Of a stretch of 64,000 bases of DNA, positions 56,114 through 64,000 are shown one piece after another (within the stretch, counting starts at the first letter, position 1; each line of letters begins with the position of its first letter). The notes under the pieces are model-generated. The model searched no databases, was not told the origin of the DNA, and worked only from the letters and a program-made list of their open reading frames with translations. The stretch lies in IMG/VR virus record IMGVR_UViG_3300005323_000036, one strand, 5' to 3'. Both the position numbers and the translations under genes were made by a program. This stretch comes from a virus. Lineage: Duplodnaviria > Heunggongvirae > Uroviricota > Caudoviricetes.

Positions 56114-58066
56114 TTATGATGATTCTTCAGTATCTTTTAAATCATCTGCAGTAACAGCATACGCATCTTGATAAACATCATAACTGTATTTAAATTTAAC
56201 TTTGTATTTGTATTTTGTAGGTGATACTATTCCAAATTGATTTGGTTCAGTATTACTATATACAAAGATATCATTAGAACTCACGCCGTCATTTGGAGCA
56301 TGAATAAGATTTTCTGAAAACTCTAGAGTTTCACCATGCTTTATTGGAAAGTATGAACCATAATCATTTATTGTAAAATAAACAAAATATAATGCTTCTC
56401 CAAAAATAGATTGTAATACTGGCGCACTTTTATATGTAGTATATAATCGTTCATAAAATACTGGATCGATATCTGCACGGTTAACACTAACCGATTGTGC
56501 AAATTCCATTTCTGTATTAAAGAAATTAATTTTTTCTATGTAAGTTGTAAGATCTTGTGTAGTTACAACTTCGTCTATAGATGTATTTGGGACAGTGTTT
56601 AGTTCAAAAATTGCATCATATGAATCTGGACTATATCCATAATTACCTTCGGGATCTTTACATTTTACATTAATTGTTCTGTAATGATCATCTGCTGCTA
56701 ATATTTGGGGAGTCAATACTTTACAATAATCATCTGTAGATAATCCTTTATATGCAAGTCTTTCAAAATCAAATTCTGTAATTCCACTTGTTGCCGCTTC
56801 TAATGTATTGATATATGATTTATATACCACCGGAGGGTGATCTGAACCTGCAGTTTCTTCAATTGGATATAGTGTTAAACAACTTGGAAAATAAATTGAA
56901 TTTGCTGAATCCCATTTGTCATAATAACCATATACTCTTACAACTTCATTTAATTTATATCCATCAATAACTCCAAACAGTGGATAATTTAAAGTTGTTA
57001 TCCTATTTTCTTCTGCACCTTTTGGTAATGTAAATAGTTGATAGAACTCTTTTGATTTGGCTCCTTCTGTTCGTGTATTCATTAAAAGTCCATTTTCATT
57101 ATAGTAAAAATTAAATTTAATGGATACATTACTTAAGGTAACAGAACTACTTAAATTGTTTGTAAGTGTGAACTTAAATTGTGGATTTGATAAGCACGCT
57201 CTTGATATGGCAGTTTGTGCAGTTGTATCTTTGTTATAATCAACAACATACTTCACTTCAACAGGTGGCATTCCAGACCATGTATTCATTGTAAAGTTAA
57301 TATTATTAGATACACCGGGAGATGTCGATGATATCTTTGTTTCTGAATTATCTGATGAAATTAAATTAGTTGTAACGCTGCTTCCATACGTTAGAGTTCC
57401 TTCATACCAATCTGGATAAGATGGGAATTGAATTTCAAGTCCACATTTTACATCAAAATTAGAATCATCATCATCTGATTCAGACATTCTTATATCGGTT
57501 GCAATTGTTCCATAATTATAAAATGCAGGTATAAATTCTAAATTTTTTATCTTCTTATCATCTTCGATAATATATTGATCTGAATCATGGGATTCAAATT
57601 CTCCGGGATCTACATATAATTCATAAGATGAACCACCACTAATAGAAAAAGAATCAAAATTTATAGATGCTGTCCATGCACTTGTTTTACTATCTTCAGC
57701 ATAATTAATAGTATCTGATAACTTTGTAATATTAGCAGTTATTCTAACATCACCAGTGCATTCTGGAGGTAAATATAATGGTTTATCTGAAAAGACATTT
57801 TTAACAGGATCATTTATATCTGTTTTAATAGTAGTAACTGTTATTGAACGAGTTGTTCCTTTTTCATTTCCTTCACCATCTACCCATGTAATTAAAACGG
57901 TATAAGTTCCTGCTATTGCATAGGTATGTGAGCCTGAATAAGAACCATATGTAGAATTCCCATCTCCAAATGCCCAATTTATAGATGCAATAAGTCCAGA
58001 TGTTGCTACGATTGAATAATTAAGTGTTAATCCTGCTGTATTTGTAGTAATTGAAACAGTTGTCAT
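56114..58066 (-). CDS. structural protein with N-terminal PKD domain
   Basis: INWAFGDGNSTYGSYSGSHTYAIAGTYTVLITWVDGEGN is a PKD signature. Length is 650 aa. Confidence 0.5.
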   Translation of the reverse strand: MTTVSITTNTAGLTLNYSIVATSGLIASINWAFGDGNSTYGSYSGSHTYAIAGTYTVLITWVDGEGNEKGTTRSITVTTIKTDINDPVKNVFSDKPLYLPPECTGDVRITANITKLSDTINYAEDSKTSAWTASINFDSFSISGGSSYELYVDPGEFESHDSDQYIIEDDKKIKNLEFIPAFYNYGTIATDIRMSESDDDDSNFDVKCGLEIQFPSYPDWYEGTLTYGSSVTTNLISSDNSETKISSTSPGVSNNINFTMNTWSGMPPVEVKYVVDYNKDTTAQTAISRACLSNPQFKFTLTNNLSSSVTLSNVSIKFNFYYNENGLLMNTRTEGAKSKEFYQLFTLPKGAEENRITTLNYPLFGVIDGYKLNEVVRVYGYYDKWDSANSIYFPSCLTLYPIEETAGSDHPPVVYKSYINTLEAATSGITEFDFERLAYKGLSTDDYCKVLTPQILAADDHYRTINVKCKDPEGNYGYSPDSYDAIFELNTVPNTSIDEVVTTQDLTTYIEKINFFNTEMEFAQSVSVNRADIDPVFYERLYTTYKSAPVLQSIFGEALYFVYFTINDYGSYFPIKHGETLEFSENLIHAPNDGVSSNDIFVYSNTEPNQFGIVSPTKYKYKVKFKYSYDVYQDAYAVTADDLKDTEESS

Positions 58067-58087
58067 AATTTATCCTTAACTTTATAA

Positions 58088-59812
58088 TTATTCTTCGCTT
58101 GATATTGTTTTTGTAATATAACTTCCAGTTGTTTCTGTTATATTTTCACTTACAGTAGGAACACCATCAGATGTAGATAGCGATGTTTTGTAAATATCAA
58201 ATATACTAAAGTAACTTGGACCAACTATTACATCTGTTCCTGACTCTGTAATCACCACATCGGTTATTTTCCACACCGAATCTGTTGGATCTTCAAGAGG
58301 GTTGGCATCACTTCCAGATTTATATGTCATTTTATATTTAACAGTCTGATCTCCTAATCCAGAAAAATAATCCCCTTCTTTAAATCTAACTGTTCCGGGT
58401 GGAAACTTAACTCTGAATATGTCAGTAGTAACATGGGCATCTCTGTAAATTCTTTCTGCAAATGCATCTAATGAGCCATGATATATATTTGATGATAATC
58501 TAAAGTTCATTACAGTTATTTTACCAACATTATAATTACTATTTTTAGGATATATTCCTTTAGCAGTTGCATCCGCATTCCATACAACCACCACATCAGG
58601 AGCATATGCAAGTGCATTATCATCTTCTACCTTTTCAGTAGATAATATAAATTCTTTTGTTGGGTCAACAGATATTGCATCTCTAATGAATCCATATTCA
58701 GGAGTTCCATTTATTCTATTGAACCATAAATTAAATCCACATGTATTTTCTACAAAATCATCAAGTGCTTTTCCTATTGTTTTTCCAGATATAATCATCG
58801 ATGGTAAATCTATATCTTTTCCGGGTATAACTTCACTATCATATAGACTTCCTGCTCTACATACCGGAGTTCCGGGTTCATATGTAATCCTTGGATGATC
58901 TGTATAAAATCCCATTATTGCTTTAATGAAATCTTTTATCTTTAATTTCCCATGACCTTCTGTAGGATTATGGATAATTATTCGGGATTTAAATATTCCA
59001 CCCTTTGCCCTTATAACAGGCATTTCATACATACAATATCCAATCTCTTTACATTCATAGGTGTATGTTCCATTTCTATTATTTATTACATTTTTAACAT
59101 ACCCATGAAATGCAATTGTAGAAGTGTCTCCTCTTTTATATATTTTGACAATATCATCTTTAAATAATCTATTACTTACCGTTGAAAATATAGCAGAATT
59201 AATATCGTTTAATGTTTCATGTATTTTCGTATCAAATATTTCAAAATAAGCATCAGATCCAGTAGTTGCTATAAATTTAACATTGTCATTAGAAGCGCTT
59301 GCAGTATCATCTAAATAAATTCTGGATTCAGTTGGATCTACATATACATACGATAGTTCCATTGTGAATCTATATGAACCTAATGTTTTAGCGTCACGGT
59401 CCCATGTAAATGCATTTATTGCCCAAATTCCAGCAAGTTCAGGAAATTCTGATAATCCTTCATTTACTTTAAGTGCAATTCTTACAACATTTCCATTAGC
59501 ATCAGTTTCTGTAGTATTTAGTAAATCTTCATCTGTAACTTCTGAACTAACTGTAGTATGATTTACACAATCCAGTATCATGTGAGTTTTAAACTTTCCA
59601 CTTATTCTACATACACATGATTTTATTCCCATTGGAACTATTTGTGGTTCAGAAGATTCTTCTATTTTCTCATATGCTGCTAAAGTAGTTATGTTAATAT
59701 CTTCTAATAAACATGGTTGAAAAACATATGATGCGGCCCAATTACTAACTCCAGATTTAGTTTTTACTTCAGTTAGACGCTTAAATTGTAAATATCCAGG
59801 TTCTAGTGTCAT
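58088..59812 (-). CDS. large tail/baseplate structural protein
   Basis: ATG at 59812 forms an ATGA overlap with the upstream stop. The track start at 59833 is TTG. Confidence 0.45.
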   Translation of the reverse strand: MTLEPGYLQFKRLTEVKTKSGVSNWAASYVFQPCLLEDINITTLAAYEKIEESSEPQIVPMGIKSCVCRISGKFKTHMILDCVNHTTVSSEVTDEDLLNTTETDANGNVVRIALKVNEGLSEFPELAGIWAINAFTWDRDAKTLGSYRFTMELSYVYVDPTESRIYLDDTASASNDNVKFIATTGSDAYFEIFDTKIHETLNDINSAIFSTVSNRLFKDDIVKIYKRGDTSTIAFHGYVKNVINNRNGTYTYECKEIGYCMYEMPVIRAKGGIFKSRIIIHNPTEGHGKLKIKDFIKAIMGFYTDHPRITYEPGTPVCRAGSLYDSEVIPGKDIDLPSMIISGKTIGKALDDFVENTCGFNLWFNRINGTPEYGFIRDAISVDPTKEFILSTEKVEDDNALAYAPDVVVVWNADATAKGIYPKNSNYNVGKITVMNFRLSSNIYHGSLDAFAERIYRDAHVTTDIFRVKFPPGTVRFKEGDYFSGLGDQTVKYKMTYKSGSDANPLEDPTDSVWKITDVVITESGTDVIVGPSYFSIFDIYKTSLSTSDGVPTVSENITETTGSYITKTISSEE

Positions 59813-60270
59813 GATGGAAGCATCCCATACCAACGTTTTAATACAAGATTTCCTATTCTTAATTTACGTGATACATTCCTGCGTATCGAAAATGATTCAA
59901 CAAACCATGTAGAATTTGTTGGTATTTCTCTAAAATCTCCACTATATTGTGCAGTTAATATAGAACCTACTAAAAATATATTCTTTGGCGTATTAACAAT
60001 TCTATATGATGCTAATGATGCTAAATATGAAGATAGGTTATTAATTGGAAATTCAATTGTTACAGTATCTAACATTCTACCATGTGTTAAAGAAATAGGA
60101 GCAGAAGATGGTCCTCCAACATATGATTCTACAGATGCTTCTTTCCTATCTTGTATTGTAAAAACATTTAATGTATGAGTAGCACCGTCAACTGGAGAAT
60201 ATATCTTATTTCCCCAATCTGAACCAGCCATTGTTAATTGTAAAAATCTTTCTTCCAATACAAGAGCCAT
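59809..60270 (-). CDS. tail protein located immediately downstream of the tape-measure-like gene
   Basis: 153-aa ORF. Confidence 0.4.
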   Translation of the reverse strand: MALVLEERFLQLTMAGSDWGNKIYSPVDGATHTLNVFTIQDRKEASVESYVGGPSSAPISLTHGRMLDTVTIEFPINNLSSYLASLASYRIVNTPKNIFLVGSILTAQYSGDFREIPTNSTWFVESFSIRRNVSRKLRIGNLVLKRWYGMLPS

Positions 60271-60397
60271 GATTATATATTCAAATCATGTTTACCATAT
60301 AAAAATAGAATGATAAAAAGAAGAATGCATGTGAATAAAAGTTTAATAATAAATTTATAATTTATAAAATATAAATAGTTATAGAATTTATAAAAAT

Positions 60398-63300
60398 TTA
60401 GAGTTTACTTAATGTTGGTATAAACTGTTTTACAATTCCTTTTATTGTATTTTCAAGTGTTGAATTTAAATCAGTTTTTACTTTGGCTGCTATTGCATTT
60501 GAATCATCACCGCGAACATCAACAGTAACATTAACATTCATATCAACAGGTTGAGTTTGCGGTGTCTGCTGTTCTGCTTGTGATAAAACTGCAGGTATAG
60601 TCTGTGATGTATCTCCTGCACTTACATATGACATGCCATAAGTATTAAGATCTGTTTCTGTTTTTGGACTTAATAAATTATTTATCCCAGATAGTGTATT
60701 GTAGAATGTTTCAAGTGATGTATTTGCATTATTCAATTCATCATAAGAAACAGTTTGCATTCCAGTATATCCAAGTTGCGCTGGTTGCTGATTTATTACA
60801 TCCTGTGTTCCTGCCAACCATGATGTAGTTTGGGGCATAGTTGTAGCAGCAAGTAATGGTCCTACTCCGGGAATTAAACCAGTCATACCAAGACTTGCTA
60901 ATGCTAATGGATTTTGTGAAACATCTGATGCTAATGTTACTCCCATTTCAGCAAGTGATACACCCGTGCCCATTATCCCAGTTCCAGTTCCAAACATACT
61001 ACCTACATTTAAATTAGCAAGAGATGCAATTGTATCATAAACTCCAGCATTTAATGCACCTGCACCTTGCCCAAGGAACTTGCCAACATCGTTTCCACCT
61101 ACATTATATGATGCAGAACTCAATATATTGCTTACTGCTTCATTACCACCCTTTAATTTATCAAAGAATTCATTATAATTGTCAAGAACACCAAGTCCTT
61201 CTGCGGCTTTAGATAGAAATGTTCCAGGACCTGCTCCCGTTGACATTAATCCTTGATTTTGATTTAACGAACTTCTCATTTGTTGTTCATTTAAACCAAA
61301 TAATTTACCCCAGGTTTGCATTCCTCTGCCATATCCGGTGCTTATTACATTTCCTGTAAATACACCAGATGCGGCATTTTGATTTCCTTGGATAATATCA
61401 TCAAGTGATCTCCCTTGCATAAATTGTTGATTGGCTTGCCCACCTTCTGCAAATCCAGTAGCACCTACAACTTCAGGAGCACCCGCCAATTTCATGAAAT
61501 CAGTAAATAGAGTTCCAGCGCCAGCAAGTCCTTTACCTACTCCGGAAAATGCTAAATTACGACCTACACCAGTTCCAAATTTATTTGCTAACCACGCCGG
61601 AACTGATTGGGCACCTCGTTGTAATCCTCTACCCATGTAACCTGTGGCAACGTTTCCGGTTACTTGGCTTCCTAAATTTAATGCTGCTGAATATGGATCT
61701 TTATTACGATTTATATCTGCAAATACAGGAAGTAAATCTACAAAATCTGGTATTGCAATCTCTTTACCTGTCCAGATGTCACGGCCTGTAGTTCCTTGTT
61801 GTGCTGGACCAAATCCTCTTCTAGCGCCCTGACCTGGCATCTGACCATATGTATTCTTACCACTTACAAATCTATCCCAAAATCCTGCGTTTCTTGTTCC
61901 AGTTGGACCGTAATTTGTAACGTCACCGTATTGCCTATATCCTGCATGTTGAGCATATGTATCGGTTGCAAAATATGAACCTGTTCTGCCACCCATGCCC
62001 GAAACTATTCCAGTTCCAATAGTAGAAACAGCACCGGTAACAGAAGTTCCTAGATTTTTAGCAATTCCAGTATAAGTTGACGGAGTTGTTAATGTTGTTG
62101 CTAATTCCTTTGCCTTTGCTGCATAACCGGTTATGGTGGATTGTATATTTTCTATAGATTTAATGATAGAATCCCGAATAGAATTAAAGTTACTTTTTAC
62201 AGATTCAGAAATATTTGCCAACACCTGTTCAACATAACCAAGTATACTAGCCGACATTGGGTTAGCATTTGGATTTGGATTAAAGTTTGGTGTAACATTT
62301 ATATTTGGATTTAAATTTGGATTAACACTTGTATTAGGGTTCACATTTGGATTTATACCATTTCCAATTCCAGATACAGGAGTTCCTAATCCATAAAGGT
62401 ATCGATTTGGTAATCCCATTTCAAATGGAAGTTCATTTCCTCCAGTTGCAGTAGAACCTTTAGCATCCCAATTGCCTTTCCAGTTTCTTACATATACACC
62501 AATGCCATCGGTTTCTGCAGCATTATTAAGAACTTTTGCTGTAGTTTTGCTTTGGGTTAAATTATCATCTTGTAGATTTATTGTCTTGAAGTTAAAGTAA
62601 TCACTATTTGATTTATTTATTGCTGAAATATTGCTTAATAATGGTATAGAAGTATTTCCAGTAACTCCACCATTGGCAAATTTATTTAACTGATCGAGAG
62701 TTGTTTTACCTAACCTTCTGGCAGACTTTTTATTGATTACATACTCGCCTTCTTCAACTCGAATAGTTTTATCATCAATTGCTGCAGTTTGTTGACCAGT
62801 AATTTCTCCACCAGAAGCATACCCCATGAAAGTTCCAGAAGTTACACCTTCCATGTTTCCGGTAGCAAGATTTAATCCTGTAGTAATTGGTTTAGTCCAC
62901 CAAGGTGTTTCTTGCCCAGTAAGCATCTGATAAGTGCGAGATAATGCTTCAATAGCAACCATTGCTTCTAATGCAAAAAACGCAGTTTTACCAATGCTAC
63001 TATTAAGTAACATTACTGACTTATTTAAATTCACAACGGTTTCAATTGCAGTAGCGCCTTGTCCGAATGCAGAAAATACAAGTGAAACTCCAGAAGTAAG
63101 TGGCTGCAACAGAAGTGTTAATCCATACATTTGCGCTGCTAGTTTAATTAATCCGGGATGTTCCGCAGCAACACTTAAAATATCAGTAACACCTTTAAGC
63201 GCATCGACTACTTCAGGTAAAGATTTGGCAGCAGCATCTAAAAACTTTGTGAAACTTGCAGTTACTTGTTTATCTTGTAATCTTGTAAATAATGTTGATA

Positions 63301-64000
63301 TTGAACCTACTAAACTATCTGTAAATTTCTTATCTTTAAATATACTTGCAGATAAAGCAGACATTGACAATCCAAATACAGATTGAGCATAGGTTACATT
63401 TTTCCATCCAGTAACAAGATCACTTTGAGTTACTTTAAATGTTCCAAGTATATCATTTGCTTTTTTAGCACCACCGGCAAATGCATTTACATAACCTACA
63501 TTCTTAAATACATTGTTTAGATCAGATAGGGAACTTGTAAGTGATGTTACAGCACTTGATAGTGCCATGAAAATGCCCATCAATGAGAAATATACTCCCA
63601 TTGAACTCATGGACAAACTAGCAGCCTTCCAGGAAATATCTTTAGAAGTAGTTCCTATCTTACCTAACATTCCATTATTGTTAGGAGGCTGACCGCCAAA
63701 TACACCGCTTAATTTATTTTTAGTTGTAGATTGAGTTGCTGCTTCAGTTGCTATTTTTTCTTTTTCGTGTGCTTTTGCTGCTTCATTTACACTTCTAATA
63801 TATTTAGTTAAAGCAACCTTTTCCTCTTCTGTTTTCTTTACAATTGCTTCTGCATTTGCAGTCTGTTGTGATGCACCTTTCATCAATGGAATCTTTGTAT
63901 TTCCAGGAGAAATTAATGATTTACCAAATAATTGATTATAATTTAACCCTTTTAACTCAGGAACACTTTCTCCAATTACTCCAGTAAGATCACCTTTAAT
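60398..64000 (-). CDS. tape-measure-like giant tail protein, 5'-partial (reading frame stays open to the window edge)
   Basis: More than 1200 aa. It has hydrophobic segments, Gly/Thr/Ser/Asn-rich repeats and an (NPN)n tract, NPNVNPNTSVNPNLNPNINVTPNFNPNPNANP. There is no stop between the TTG/ATG at 63886 and position 64000 in frame. Confidence 0.55.
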   Translation of the reverse strand: MKGDLTGVIGESVPELKGLNYNQLFGKSLISPGNTKIPLMKGASQQTANAEAIVKKTEEEKVALTKYIRSVNEAAKAHEKEKIATEAATQSTTKNKLSGVFGGQPPNNNGMLGKIGTTSKDISWKAASLSMSSMGVYFSLMGIFMALSSAVTSLTSSLSDLNNVFKNVGYVNAFAGGAKKANDILGTFKVTQSDLVTGWKNVTYAQSVFGLSMSALSASIFKDKKFTDSLVGSISTLFTRLQDKQVTASFTKFLDAAAKSLPEVVDALKGVTDILSVAAEHPGLIKLAAQMYGLTLLLQPLTSGVSLVFSAFGQGATAIETVVNLNKSVMLLNSSIGKTAFFALEAMVAIEALSRTYQMLTGQETPWWTKPITTGLNLATGNMEGVTSGTFMGYASGGEITGQQTAAIDDKTIRVEEGEYVINKKSARRLGKTTLDQLNKFANGGVTGNTSIPLLSNISAINKSNSDYFNFKTINLQDDNLTQSKTTAKVLNNAAETDGIGVYVRNWKGNWDAKGSTATGGNELPFEMGLPNRYLYGLGTPVSGIGNGINPNVNPNTSVNPNLNPNINVTPNFNPNPNANPMSASILGYVEQVLANISESVKSNFNSIRDSIIKSIENIQSTITGYAAKAKELATTLTTPSTYTGIAKNLGTSVTGAVSTIGTGIVSGMGGRTGSYFATDTYAQHAGYRQYGDVTNYGPTGTRNAGFWDRFVSGKNTYGQMPGQGARRGFGPAQQGTTGRDIWTGKEIAIPDFVDLLPVFADINRNKDPYSAALNLGSQVTGNVATGYMGRGLQRGAQSVPAWLANKFGTGVGRNLAFSGVGKGLAGAGTLFTDFMKLAGAPEVVGATGFAEGGQANQQFMQGRSLDDIIQGNQNAASGVFTGNVISTGYGRGMQTWGKLFGLNEQQMRSSLNQNQGLMSTGAGPGTFLSKAAEGLGVLDNYNEFFDKLKGGNEAVSNILSSASYNVGGNDVGKFLGQGAGALNAGVYDTIASLANLNVGSMFGTGTGIMGTGVSLAEMGVTLASDVSQNPLALASLGMTGLIPGVGPLLAATTMPQTTSWLAGTQDVINQQPAQLGYTGMQTVSYDELNNANTSLETFYNTLSGINNLLSPKTETDLNTYGMSYVSAGDTSQTIPAVLSQAEQQTPQTQPVDMNVNVTVDVRGDDSNAIAAKVKTDLNSTLENTIKGIVKQFIPTLSKL

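Noticed and set aside
61024-61978. Several 60-80-aa + strand ORFs
   Set aside because: All lie inside the tape-measure-like gene on the opposite strand.
62221-62350. Short-period DNA repeats (TTTGGATT…) that could be mistaken for a CRISPR-like or satellite array
   Set aside because: They are the coding repeats of the NPN tract within the tape-measure-like protein. There are no unique spacers and no array architecture.
1-64000. tRNA, rRNA, CRISPR arrays, integrase or transposase
   Set aside because: No GC-rich cloverleaf-sized islands, no repeat-spacer arrays, and no recombinase or transposase motifs were seen on either strand.

Overview
This 64 kb window looks like a segment of an AT-rich (roughly 30% GC) tailed dsDNA virus or prophage. 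Genes are tightly packed and often overlap as ATGA or TAATG; many are preceded by Shine-Dalgarno-like AGGAGG sites. The six-frame ORF track evidently also accepts TTG and GTG starts, so I re-checked several starts by hand.

Bases 1-43000 are almost entirely + strand. They carry recombination genes (a Sak4-like ATPase and a Cas4-like Fe-S nuclease) and dozens of small proteins, including many Cys-rich zinc ribbons and two paralogous small-protein families. The replication genes are of archaeal/eukaryotic type: family B DNA polymerase, two PCNA paralogues, ATP-dependent DNA ligase, an XPF/ERCC4-type nuclease with a TTG start, and an Orc1/Cdc6-like AAA+ ATPase. Nucleotide metabolism is well represented: class II ribonucleotide reductase, a thymidylate synthase (ThyA)-family enzyme with altered catalytic residues, two cytidine/dCMP deaminase (CDA)-fold deaminases, a MazG-like NTP pyrophosphatase and a HAD-superfamily phosphatase. 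The same arm also holds an S-adenosylmethionine decarboxylase (AdoMetDC)-like protein, an SPFH/stomatin membrane protein, a Lar-like anti-restriction protein on a GC-anomalous patch, an HNH endonuclease, and a five-gene glycan cluster (GT2, GT4, membrane-anchored GT2, radical SAM, class I methyltransferase). A reverse-oriented accessory island at 13.7-16.3 kb encodes secreted proteins.

Bases 42600-64000 are a minus-strand tail module. It contains a tape-measure-like giant protein that runs off the window edge, several large adhesin-like proteins with PKD, DUF2341 and LamG/ConA domains, a 931-aa fibre with about 50-aa repeats, a tandemly duplicated XkdX-like small-protein module, and a metallophosphoesterase.

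The replication toolkit (PCNA, XPF, PolB) points to an archaeal host, but a few tail-module proteins resemble Firmicutes-phage proteins, so the host is unresolved. The most unusual non-coding signal is a family of five roughly 100-nt intergenic elements, in two orientations, including a perfect 104-bp direct repeat 17.3 kb apart.

No tRNA, rRNA, CRISPR array or integrase was found. No capsid, terminase or portal gene lies in this window.
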